Counted from the first letter of the stretch, positions 27,435 through 38,621 are shown. The stretch: DNA of 64,000 nt from Patellaria atrata CBS 101060 (GCA_010093705.1 MU006094.1:1091550-1155549); one strand, 5' to 3'. Translations and numbers: made by a program. Notes: generated by a model from the letters alone, not told the origin.

Positions 27435-28457
27435 ATGGCCACGACATCCAAATCCCAAACGCAACCCACGCTCACCTTCCCCCGCCCCATCTTCGCCGCC
27501 CTCCAGCCCCACGCCTTCCTCCACGCGCACCTCTCCAAACCGGCACCCGCGCGCCCCTCCGGCCGCAGCCCGCAGGACTTCCGCCCTCCCGTGGTGAATA
27601 CGGGAGGCCTGACGCACTGCCATGGCAGCGCCGTCGTGCGGTGTGGGGATAGTGCCGTTGTAGTGGGGGTGAGGGGTGAGGTTTTAATGGCGGGGGATGT
27701 TGCTGGGGGTGTTAGGGAGGTCGGGTTGAAGGGGTACGACGGCAGGATAGATAGTAAAGATGGGGATGGGGATGGTGATGAAGTAAAAGAAATAGAAGAC
27801 CTGCGCCTCCTCGTCCCGAACATCGAACTCGCAACCGGCAGCACGCCCACCAACCTCCCCGGCAACCCCCCCAGCGCCCTCGCGCAGAATCTAGCAGCCC
27901 GATTATTGCGACTCCTCCTCACGACGCGCCTAATCCGTCTCACCGACTTGCGCATCCTCTACCCCCGCCCCCCTGACGAGGAAGGAGGAGAACACACGAT
28001 GGAGGTCGTCGCGTATTGGACCCTCTACATCGACGTCCTCGTCATCTCCCTCGACGGCAACGCTTTCGACGCAGCTTGGCTCGCCCTCCTCGCAGCTCTT
28101 AAATATACGGCGCTCCCGCGTGCGTACTGGGAGCCGGACTTCAAAACGGTTCTCTGCGATGATGATAGGAATGCGGATAGGAAACTTAGGCTTAGGGGTT
28201 TTCCGGTCCCGGCGTCTTTTGCGGTGTTTGAGGGCCGAGAGGGAGAAGGCGTGTGGGTCCTTGCGGATCCGGATGCGGGCGAGGAAGGCCTTTGTAGGGA
28301 GCTTGTTACAGTTGTTGTGGATTTGGATGACGGAAGGACAGTGGTGAGGAGGGTCGAGAAGAGGGGGGGTGGGATTGTTGGGAGAGGGGAGATGAGGGAG
28401 TTGGTTAGTTTGGCGGAGGGGAGGTGGAGGGGCTTTAGGGAGGTGGTTGGGGGGTAG
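27435..28457 (+). CDS. RRP43: Exosome RNase PH-like subunit, Rrp43-type
   Basis: RPSGRSPQDFRP...GSAVVRCGDSAVVVGV...LLVPNIEL...WTLYIDVLVISLDGNAFDA RNase PH pattern, with the N-terminal FAALQPHAFL segment typical of Rrp43. Confidence 0.8.
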   Translation: MATTSKSQTQPTLTFPRPIFAALQPHAFLHAHLSKPAPARPSGRSPQDFRPPVVNTGGLTHCHGSAVVRCGDSAVVVGVRGEVLMAGDVAGGVREVGLKGYDGRIDSKDGDGDGDEVKEIEDLRLLVPNIELATGSTPTNLPGNPPSALAQNLAARLLRLLLTTRLIRLTDLRILYPRPPDEEGGEHTMEVVAYWTLYIDVLVISLDGNAFDAAWLALLAALKYTALPRAYWEPDFKTVLCDDDRNADRKLRLRGFPVPASFAVFEGREGEGVWVLADPDAGEEGLCRELVTVVVDLDDGRTVVRRVEKRGGGIVGRGEMRELVSLAEGRWRGFREVVGG

Positions 28458-29830
28458 GGGATCTTCTGAGTTGGGTTCCATGGTGTGCTCTGAGACGTGA
28501 ATGTGTTCCTCTATATGGGGCATAATTCGGACCTGGACGGAGATACGACGGCTTGGAAATGTGGAATCGGAATTAGGATTTCGTGGTCCGCCATTCACTT
28601 TCAGCTGCTCTCCGTCATGCCAGCAGCTTATTGTAGATTACACCTTCTCAAACCTCTTTGATTCCCGAGGTACATGAGGAAGGGAGCGTATGATGTAGCT
28701 ACAAACAGCAGTCGAGCCGTCTATACCTCCTCCCTTCTCCAATCTCCGTCACAAACTTTTAGTATTCGATCCTATAGGATTGCTATACTGTACGACACAT
28801 TTAGACCTCCCCCAGCTCAGTGTCGAGTCCGTTCCAATTTACTGCAAAAGCACGACCCTTATACCCGTTCTACACACCTATCCAACCCTATAACCCGCAT
28901 ACTTGTCAACAAGCTACCCCACTCATCTACCCTACCCTCCCCATCTACTTATCTACCCTCTAGCCCTATCCCCCCTTGAACCCCTTTACCCCCTTCCCAG
29001 TCTCGTACCTACCCGACAACCCCAACATACTCCATCGCCTATAGATACAAACGTACTAACCCCATGATATAACCCATATCTCCCCTTAACTACTTGAGTT
29101 ACCCTTACACGGAATATAGTAGAGGTCAGTTGTTAGACATCGGTTCTCAGACCGCCCTGATCACTTTAAGAGTGTCATAGAATTTGGATATTTCACCACT
29201 AGATTACGTTCAGAAGGATGTTTGGAAGATGGTTTGGGTATAGTGTGTGTATGAAGACTGAATTTACTAGTATCTATAGCGGTATATGTTTATGCGTATG
29301 GTGGATGTAATGAGAATACCTAACTCGGAGTGGAGGATGGGTTTGAAAGGGAGTGTGATTGGAGTGGGCGGTGACTGGAGTAGATCAGCGAGTAGAAGGA
29401 AGCTGGGGGTCGGTTCGGGGGCTGGAGGGTGGATTTTGTGTTAGAGCTGTGTGAGTGGGTTGGCCTTCACTAGGGTTGTTATGCGGATTATCTATGGTGG
29501 GAAGAGAAATTTGGGCTAAAGTGTGGGGATGGTGATGGACGGGGAGATTGTGCGTAATGGGTACTGTGTATAGGATAATTATAGCATACTGGATTCTGGA
29601 AGTTGTAGGACTATTGATTTTCGCAGACAGTGAAAGGAGAGTTTGTATTGAGAAAGTGAGTGTATCTGAATTTATGAAAAGTGGGATATAGATTTTACAG
29701 CCTGATTAGACTATTTTCATGACTGGGACTTCCAGTATGTATAGTGAAACCCAGAGCTGTATAATAAAACCTAAAACACCGGTTCCGAGCAGATTCATAA
29801 ATTTATGATAGAATAACATCACCACCATGC

Positions 29831-30543
29831 CTACTTGGCCCACGGTCCCCATCCCATCATTGACAATAAAATAAGCCAAACTATTACTACGACCACGACC
29901 CTCGTAGCTGCCGCAACTATACTAACGCCATAGCCTCCCATACCCGCACTCTGCAGAATAGCAAAGATCCCGCGCGCCGTCGTTGAGGGTATCTGAACGA
30001 AGCTGGCGACCGAAACTGCAAAAGCCACGGTCAGTACCGATACGGTCAGTGTATTAGGACAAACTTACAGGCACGGATACCCCAGAATGTAAAGCCCAGT
30101 ATTCTGAGAAGAGGAACGTATATTAATTGTGGGGCACGTAGGAGAATCATGAACGTGGCAGGTAGGATTATCAGGCAGCCTGTTAGGAAGAGATGTTCGT
30201 GAATCCATCCTTTAATCGGCTCGGCAACCTCGTGCCAACGGATTGCACTGATGGTGTCGATAGTCTCAGTGATTTTAGCGGCGTGTGTACTGTTAATTAG
30301 TTTGCTGTATGCTTCCTTTAAGGGCTCCTCGATGTTTTCTGTAGACGCTGCGGCGAGCTTCTCCCTATTTTCAGATATGAAAGACTTGAAATTCTCTTGT
30401 AAATGCTCGGGGACCTTGGCTTCGTTGATGAATTTGGCATACGCCGCTTTCAAGGGCCCGTGGATGTTTTCTGATGACACTGCAGCGAGTTTCTCGCCAT
30501 TTTCAACAATAAAGGATTTGATATTCTCCATTGCAGGCGCCAT
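29831..30543 (-). CDS. IFI6/IFI27 (ISG12)-like membrane protein, paralog A; exons 30543-30069, 30015-29831
   Basis: Splices to ..LGFTFWGIRAFSVASFVQIPSTTARGIFAILQSAGMGGYG.., matching the ISG12 motif (GF..G..A.S.A....G..A.LQSAG), flanked by hydrophobic helices. Confidence 0.7.
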
Positions 30544-30968
30544 TGACCTATGATTTTGAAGGGATGTTTCTGGTCTTTTGATTGATGTTCCTGAGATTTA
30601 CATAATTTCTGATTGTTGAGAAGGTCCAAGTCGACGTTAGCAGGTGTTTGCCAGCTCATGCTGTGCGACCTTGCCAAGACAAAAGCACAAGGTAAGAGAT
30701 TGATATAGGGAAGAAAACAGAGAATTGGATGAATGAAAGGAAATACTCATAGAGGAAAAGTCGTCATCACACATGGAGGCATTAGAAAAGCTGTTCAGGA
30801 CTAGGTTATAATTTGTTATAGAGACCACTTATTGAGTTCCGTTCGTGACACCACTACTATAGTTCTGAAGGATACTGATATCTCGCAGATATCAACTCAT
30901 GAAGCATTTTATCGAAGGGAATAGTTGTAATGATCAACCCTCCCCAAATTCCTAGCAAGGACAGCTTA

Positions 30969-31419
30969 TCAGCGTCCAAACCATGCAACAATGACACCCA
31001 CAGCTCCAGCTGCGACTGTTCCAACCGTGTTTACACTAGCCGCACCATAACCGCCCATCGCCGCACTTTGGAGAATCGCAAAGAGTCCGCGTGCTGGGGT
31101 TGAAGCTGTTTGAGCGACGCTTGCTATCGAAGCTGCATAGTGATTGTTAATACTTTATCAAACGCTGGTAATATAGAAAGCAAGTCTTACCAGCTCGTAT
31201 ACCCATTGCACCAAAGCCAAAGAGGGAAAGTAAAGGTCCAATGAATAAGCCTGGAATGAAGAATAAGATCCCATTCACGATATGGAATATTGTTTTGAAA
31301 GGATTGTCTCTGGCATAGGATAGAATTTGTCCAACGAAATCGCCAAATTCCTGGTGTAAGACATGGATTATAATATTGGAGGCATTTGCAAAGTTTAATG
31401 GAACAGCAGGCGTTGCCAT
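30969..31419 (-). CDS. IFI6/IFI27 (ISG12)-like membrane protein, paralog B; exons 31419-31191, 31132-30969
   Basis: Splices to ..FGFGAMGIRAASIASVAQTASTPARGLFAILQSAAMGGYG..AWFGR*. Intron lies at the same codon position as in paralog A. Confidence 0.7.
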
Positions 31420-31836
31420 GGTCTGCCAGATAATGAAAGACAATAGATGGTGGTTGACAAAATTGTGGGGAGAGATTTTGTCGATAGATGTAGAAGACAG
31501 TGCGTAGGATGAGAAAGAAAGTATTTATTCTAGAAATATTTTGCGAAAAATATACATGTGAGACTTACTGTCACTATCCGTCATGGGACCACATGATACG
31601 CATAACAACATGCAAGAGTCGCCTGGATGACTTGACACCCTTCTATGAATAGAAGGATTACCCGACTTAGGTGAAGGTACAGCTGGCTTCTCGATGATAG
31701 GGCAAGCTGAATTAAACACGGCGATACTAGGAGCTGTTCTAGAAAAGAGGAATGTGAAGAAATGTAGAAGTGTTAGGAAGGTAGATGTAATTGTCACGGG
31801 TTAGACCCGATAGGTATAGGTACCTTAACTTAGACA

Positions 31837-33258
31837 CAGGGGGTGCAGGAATTCGTTGCGCACGGATCTCAACACCAAAACACACCTTCAATTCCTGGTA
31901 AACAATCAACTTCAAACAGCCAAAATGGCACCACCACATACACCTACCAAGCTAAAAAAGGTAGTACGCGATACGCCGCGTCGCATACGTTTCTTTGATA
32001 CCTATGATGCCCATAAGAACGAGCTATCATTGCGTAAAATCTGTCGAAAACGTGGTGTTCGCCTACCAGAATCAACAGCGCGTTTCTGGCTCAAACAACG
32101 TGAGCAACAAGGCTCGCAAGCACTGCGTAGAACACGGAGCCAGAGTTCAAAACTGGGCCGTCCAAATACGTACGATTAGAACGAGCTGAAGCCTTTATTC
32201 AATCCTTCATATCCTCTACATGACGCGTCCTATAATGCTGTTGTGTGCGAAGCACACCTAGGAATCAAACTACGTACGTTGAAGGGCAATACGAAGCGTT
32301 ATTTTGGTGGCCAACGCTATAAGAAACGGCGTACCAAAACCATTTCTAAACGGAACCGCGATAAGCGTGTTTTGTACGGCCAAACACACCAAAATAAGAC
32401 AATTACTGGCCTTTGGCAGTACGTCTACTTCACTGATGAAGCACATTTCAAATCCAAAGACCTAGGGAATAAGAGGGAGTATGAATTCAGCATTCCAGGC
32501 CACACACCTGTTGGTTTAGAGCATACCGACGAAAACACGCTTAATGTTACGCTGCATGTGGCCGCGGGAATCACGTACAACCATAGAGGTGTTATTACAT
32601 TCTACAACGATCCAAAGAGCCCAGAAATCAATCAAAAGGTTGTTCCAAGGCCCCCTAAGCGTACCAAGTATGATAACGATCAAACATATAATAAACGGCT
32701 TGCTGATTGGCACGCGGAACACACACATCCAATAGATCCTCAAGCAGATATTCCACCTAAGGGGAACGCAATGACGCAGCGATTTTATGCCAAAGAGGTC
32801 CTACCATTGCATCTTGAATATCTGCGTTGGCTTGAGGCCAAATACCAGCGTAAATTCTACTTCCAAGAAGATAACGATCCCTCGCATGGTACTAGGTCAA
32901 CAAACAACGCGTGCTATAAGGCAAAACTAGCTTCAGGTGTCCAATTGCTGGATCATCCTGCGCAATCACCTTATTTAAATCCTATAGAGGGTATTTGGAA
33001 TATAATAAAACAGCGATTGCGTGGTAGTAAGTAGAAAACAGTAGATGAATTCAAGCAAGCAATTCTGGCAGAATGGCGTAAAGTAACAATTACACAATTC
33101 GCCACCACATCAGGGAGATGCCTAGGCGCTGTAAGGATGTAATAGATGCAAACGGGGATCGAATCAAGTCAGAATTGTGGTAATAAACGTGTTTTTGGTG
33201 ATATTTGATTGTGTTGAATTTTGACGTTGAGCGTGCGCAACGAATTCCTGCACCCCCG
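31837..33258 (+). mobile_element. Tc1/mariner-superfamily DNA transposon (~1.42 kb), non-functional copy
   Basis: Perfect 26-bp inverted repeat GGGGGTGCAGGAATTCGTTGCGCACG (31839-31864 / 33232-33257). TA follows the right end; the left flank reads CA, so that boundary is uncertain by 1-2 nt. Confidence 0.9.
31925..33183 (+). pseudogene. Tc1-like DDE transposase pseudogene
   Basis: HTH-like N-terminus, YFTDEAHF, FQEDND, SPYLNPIEGIW. In-frame TAGs at 32177 and 33032, and a frameshift near 33097. Confidence 0.9.
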
Positions 33259-33719
33259 TAAGATGATCTAGCGGCTTAGTCATACTGTACTTTAGTAGAA
33301 CAGCATATGCTGTCTGAACACTTTCTTTTCTTAAGTTTAAGCTTCATGTACATGTAGCAATATACCTTTCAGCTTCCATCTGAGGTTGTGCCTTGACAGT
33401 AATGATCGGTGATGTTAGTAATATGCACTACGACGGATATAAGATGAAAAGGAGGATATACTGGCCATAAGGTATCCAGAGTTCTTTTGGATACCTACGT
33501 AAGTGATACCGTGCTGTTTAAATTATAGATACTGTTGTAGCACTTTGATAGAGTCTGTCATGACCATATTGTTGACATCGTCCGTAGGGTACTGTGACTT
33601 TCGATGTTTCTTGATGTAGCTTTACAACTAGATTACTGTTGAAGCTGAATATTATATCTTTTTGAAGCCCTGAATAAACGTTATCTCGTGTACCATTCAG
33701 ATTCTCTGTTATTATAGAA

Positions 33720-34904
33720 ATGACCCCTCGCTCATCGACTAGAGTATCAAAACAGAGCGCTCGCGCTATTGAAGCTGAAGTGTCTTCGTCATTAACGAGA
33801 AAGCGTGCTACGTCAGGCTCAAATAGTACTTCAAATGCGCCTACAAAGAAGAATAAGAAGTCAGCCTCTAAAGGGTCCAAAAAGGAAAGCTTAAAAGCGT
33901 CAAAAAATACTGAAAATCCGGAGGCTACCAACCAGGCCGCTGCCGAGGCGTTGCTCGACTTTCCTACCCAGCAATCTGTCGTAGAGGAAGACCAACTCTC
34001 ATTCTCAAGTGGACGAGATGAAGTTGATGATGATGCTGTACTTTTGACTCAACAGTCTGAGTCTCAGCCTAAGCCTGAGCCTGAGCCCCAGCAGCAATCT
34101 GGCCGTAGTAAAACACCGCGGAAGTCAGCGACTCAGCAACAGTTAGCTAGCACCGCAGAGAAGCTGGCTGCCGAAGAGGAAGCTGGCAAATTTGTTCAAG
34201 TTATAACGGACCGCTGAATTTGCGAAAACTCCCATTGCAAGAATAAAGGCCATGTCTGTTGGCAAAATAAGCGATCTATAACTGCTGCTGACATTGTCGT
34301 CAACCACTATCCGTGTAGTGCAGAGATACTAAGGCGCTGGAATAGTGAGATAAAGAAGGGTTTTGCATCAGTCGAGGTGCCGTCGCAGAAAATCATAGTT
34401 CAGATGGTTACTTGGAAAGAAGCCCTTGGTCGGAAACGTCAACAAACTGAGGCTTCAGCAACGCCTACAGTAGCTTCCCAGGCGTCTGTTGATTCGGGGG
34501 CTTCTAGTCAGATCAAACAGGTGTTGTTAGTATCTCAAATCCGACGGATGGCACCACCTGAAGTACCACCTCCAGTACCTCTCTTCCCTCCCCAAAAGAC
34601 CCAATTGTCCCACGCCCCTCCTCCCAATTCGAGCCCTCTAAGTGCAGACACAGATCCAGTTGAGTTGCTCGCAGAGTTCTTTGAGTGTTTGAAGCTACAA
34701 CCTGGTTTTAATACACAGCAACAGGTGAATATATTAGAAGAGACGAAGGTTAAGATGGTGGAAGAGCAGTGGAGCTTAGATTCGTTAAAACCGAGGAAGC
34801 CAGATGAGGGAATCTCCCAAATAACTTGGGAGGAATATGGTTTCAAAATAGGGTTACTTGTGCGAATAAGAGCGAAGATATCTGACTTTAAGCGCTTAAG
34901 ATAA
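33720..34904 (+). pseudogene. Second (cargo/accessory) ORF of the transposon, ~394 codons with one in-frame TGA; Cx4Cx6Cx15H motif
   Basis: ORFs 33720-34217 and 34377-34904 share a frame. Read-through gives DR*ICENSHCKNKGHVCW...NHYPC..LRRWNSEIKKG...VPS, where the TGA is probably a mutated TGG. Confidence 0.75.
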
Positions 34905-34920
34905 TAGATAGATATTCTCT

Positions 34921-36212
34921 TTACTCTTCTACTTCATCTACAATATATCCATCCTTTCTAAAATGCTCTCGAGCGTGGTTATGGCTATCAACTTGCTCAA
35001 CTCCAAAGCGAAGAAACATCTCAAAGTCCGTGAATTCTCTTATTAGGCTACGATTCCCCCTAATCCAAGCCTTTAAGTCATGAAAAGTCGCCTCAATTGG
35101 GTTAAAATCTGGCGAATAAGGCGGTAGATACTCAATTAAAACACCATAACGGGCGCAAAGCTCTCGTAGTGCTGCGGATCGGTGGATAGAGACGTTATCG
35201 AGTATCAAAATCGATCGTGGGCCTGGGTATGCTGAGCAAAATGGAAGCACTCCGTCAGCTACGAACTCGAGGAATAACTCGCTTGTAAAGCTACCTTGGA
35301 AGATCTTATACCCTAAATATCCGTTAGCTGTTAAAGCTGGTAAGATAGACATCTCTCCGATCGCTTAATAGGGCGAGTATTTTCGCATTCTACTCCGATA
35401 GGTGACCAGCCGTATTTTCTATCTCCAGTACGCTCATTAGCCGCTGACTCATCAAGAAACACCAACTGCTCAGTAGTCCAGGTATTCGATCTTCCAACCC
35501 AAGCTCTACGGAGTGGCTGACTTCTCTCGGAGGCTCGATTTCTTACTGCTTTTCGAGACTAACGAGCCCTCTGTAGCGCTCGATAGACACTAGATGTTGA
35601 GATAAACACGTCAAACTCGTCGAAAAGGAATACTTGCATCTCATCAAGGAACGCTGCAGGCTGATCATCTAGATACTCTTAAAGTCTCTACTAAACTCTT
35701 AAAGTCTCTACTAAACTCTTAAAGTCTCTACTAAACTCTTAAAGTCTCTACTAAACTCTTAAAGTCTCTNNNNNNNNNNNNNNNNNNNNNNNNNNNNNNN
35801 NNNNNNNNNNNNNNNNNNNNNNNNNNNNNNNNNNNNNNNNNNNNNNNNNNNNNNNNNNNNNNNNNNNNNTAAAGTCTCTACTAAACTCTTAAAGTCTCTA
35901 CTAAACTCTTAAAGTCTCTACTAAACTCTTAAAGTCTCTACTAAACTCTTAAAGTCTCTACTAATAAGTCGACTGTAGGGAACAAGATCTGAGTCTACGT
36001 ACTCGCTCTTGATGCTCTGTAAGGGACCTTGGACGGCCATTTTTCACAGATGCCGGAGCATACGGCGCTCCAAAAATATCAAAATTTAACTTCAATTTGT
36101 AGATAGTCGTTTTGGATATATTGAGCGCTAGAGCAATAGCCGGAACGGGCTGGTTGTCATCAAATCGCGCCCTGATACGCTGAATTACGCTCTCCGGAAG
36201 CCTCCGACCCAT
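34921..36212 (-). pseudogene. DD34E transposase pseudogene with a probable intron after the HTH exon
   Basis: HTH exon 36212-36003 (..LNISKTTIYK..GRPRSLT), then VFLDESAANERTGDRKYGWSPIG, LILDNVSIH and YLPPYSPDFNPIE. Internal stops and a 1-nt deletion near 35351. Confidence 0.9.
35675..35964. repeat. 20-bp tandem repeat (AAAGTCTCTACTAAACTCTT)n spanning a 100-N assembly gap (35770-35869)
   Basis: Identical units on both sides of the N run, about 4.5 copies each side. Confidence 0.95.
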
Positions 36213-37687
36213 CTTTACTGCGACCGAAGCATCAACAACAACCAGCTATAAGTTAAAAAAGAGAACAACACCATAGAAAGCTGGGCTAGGCAGTCAAAGC
36301 GATATAATATTCAAGTTTAACAGTAATCTGGTTGTAAAGCCACATCAAGAAACATAAAAATGCGATGATTCTGGCGGGGGTGTTGTGTGCGATGATGTGG
36401 TGTAGCCAAGAGTTCACGATGTTTCGAAAGTCACAGTATCATCAGCCTCTGGCTTTTTCAAGATTGTATTCAACAAACTCTGTTCCAGTCTTCATATCCT
36501 TCGGCAACTTCGTTGTTCTTCGTGATTTCGATCAAACGCAATTGGAGCTACCTTTGACCTAAGCATATCGCTCACCTTTGCTGTCTTTGCCGTTGGTATT
36601 CTTCGTTCTTCGTGCTATTTCCTCAATATTTACTGACGGGGATTCAAACTGGATATGTAGAAGATGGTAAGGTTACGATCTCTTTGTACGTTTCCATCTC
36701 TCCACAGCAGAGTCTGGGACGCCTTTAGATTTAGGCGTACGGAGCCAAAAATTTTATAGTCGGCGGAGTTGGAGCAGGTTCGAAGAGAGCGCAACCTGCA
36801 AAACAAATAAAAGGACATAATATCTTGTAAATATTCACGATGACCTCCCTGAAAATTAGAGAAACTGGAAGAGTTGACGGTTGGTGTGAGTATGAACTTG
36901 TTCTACTAGTTCTAACATTATTTGCATCTCAGCATGTTCGAACCTATCTCATTCAACATGATATCCCTCTTTATAGAAGAGGGATTCCGCTTGTGAGTTT
37001 GTGGAGAATTTGAAAAGGGTTTTCCAGGTGTGAGGGTGTTCCATGATGCTTTTATTGCAGGCGCTTAGTTTATCACTCACTAGTTCCTTCGGGTGCGGTT
37101 CCGAAACGTTTGAACTGAATGCGAGCTAAATTCTTCAGGTGGCTGAAGCCAGAGTCTGGGGATCGGAACGCACCCTCAAGCTGAGTCTTTTCCCAACTGA
37201 AAAAGACGTAACCAAGAAGACTCTAGAGGATGGGTTTTGAAGGCGCCTGACGCGAAGAATCGGACTTTTTGAGCGCAATACAGTATTCTCTCCAATTTCT
37301 GGTCCGGGGAAGAGATGTGATAAGTAATTGTTCCTTCGCATAACGGAGTCACATTTTCTTAGCCTACCAGAACGAGATTGTATTAGCGTGATATTTTCCC
37401 AACGCCCTTGAACTTCGCCCCCAAAGATCCGGGGTGCTAAAGTTGGAGGCTTGAAGGTAAAATGGCGAAAGCCATCACCCCGATGATGGCTCTTCTGCTG
37501 TCTTCTGGACCGCTAGAGTTTAATATCCGTTCCTCCTTCCACTCACTCCCCTTGAACACCACCTGCTCTCCGACTGTCAATCGTCATACTCGTTCTCTAC
37601 GCGTTCGCGATTGCTTAGTCTTAGCTATATCCTCCTCTTCAAGACCGTAATTCGCGTCAACTGCGATTCCCTTGGTACGAGATTGAC

Positions 37688-38621
37688 ATGAAACTTTCAA
37701 TTCGCAATGGTTTGCACGGCCTACAGACGAATTGGTCTGAATGGTGGAAGCCTCTCCGCGTATCAGACTTCGTACCAGAATGTGGTGTATGTCGATGAAC
37801 CATTTGAGACCTACCAACTTTCGCTCACAATCTATCAGCGACGATGTATCGGACCGGGTAATGAACTGGCGAGCATAGTCACGGCATGCAAGTTCGACAG
37901 TTACATCAGGGAGCTCAAGTTATGTATTCATGCCTCGTGTTACTCGGAACGCCTACTGTTCAATTCTCTCCATTACATTGATCAGGTCTGCGAAAGTTAG
38001 TGTGGAGGAACATTCCTTATCTTTTGGCAGAACTTCCTAACCCGCCCAACAGATAAAGGCGACATAATAGACCTAGCAAATGAATGGCACCAGATTGCGG
38101 GAGCAATCGAGCAGGAGCTTCGTGTGGAGCGTCGCCAGGCCTCAGTTTCGAATGACATATACACACCTTCTGCCGACACCAACACGGCGAATACCTACAC
38201 TCGCAGCAGTAGCATCACTTCTACCACATCAACGATCCCCGCCTCTGTGTTCGCTACCCCAACATTGACTAGCTCAGGTGTCACTTCGGAAACTTCTTCT
38301 CCCGGCGGCGGTGGAGGTCTTAGCAGTGGTGCCAAAGTCGGGATAGGTCTAGGTGTGCCGCTAGGTGTTATCATAATTGCCGCGTGCGCGTGGGCTGGAT
38401 GGTATTTCGGGAATAAGAATAGGAAGAGGAAATCGAGTCAAATATCGCATCCCCCGCCCGGTATGGAACAGAAGTACAAGTATCAACAACCACTGCCGCA
38501 ACAGGGACCGCATGAGCTTCCGGACTCGCAATTTAGAGGCTCAGAATTGGTGACAGGTGTCAATTTTCCAGAGCTCCCATCACCACCAAGGCCAACGCAA
38601 TCGCATTGGAGAGCGCCGTAA
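37688..38621 (+). CDS. Single-pass membrane protein with CFEM-like Cys domain, Ser/Thr stalk and Mid2-like TM; exons 37688-37786, 37839-37995, 38053-38621
   Basis: Splices to VPECGRRCI..ACKFDSYIRELKLCIHASC..VCE, then an S/T-rich stalk, GLSSGAKVGIGLGVPLGVIIIA, basic NRKRK and HELP/PELP tail. Start codon and signal peptide are uncertain. Confidence 0.55.

Larger units (their letters stand above)
33592..36436 (-). mobile_element. IS630/Tc1-type (DD34E) DNA transposon with bipartite TIRs and two convergent genes
   Basis: TA|CTGTGACTTTCGA at 33590-33604 and TCGAAAGTCACAG|TA at 36424-36438. Inner 55-bp inverted repeat 33604-33658 / 36301-36355 with 5 mismatches. Confidence 0.88.

Noticed and set aside
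35675..35964. Regular 20-bp repeats resembling a CRISPR array
   Set aside because: Units are head-to-tail with no spacers, the context is eukaryotic and there are no cas genes.
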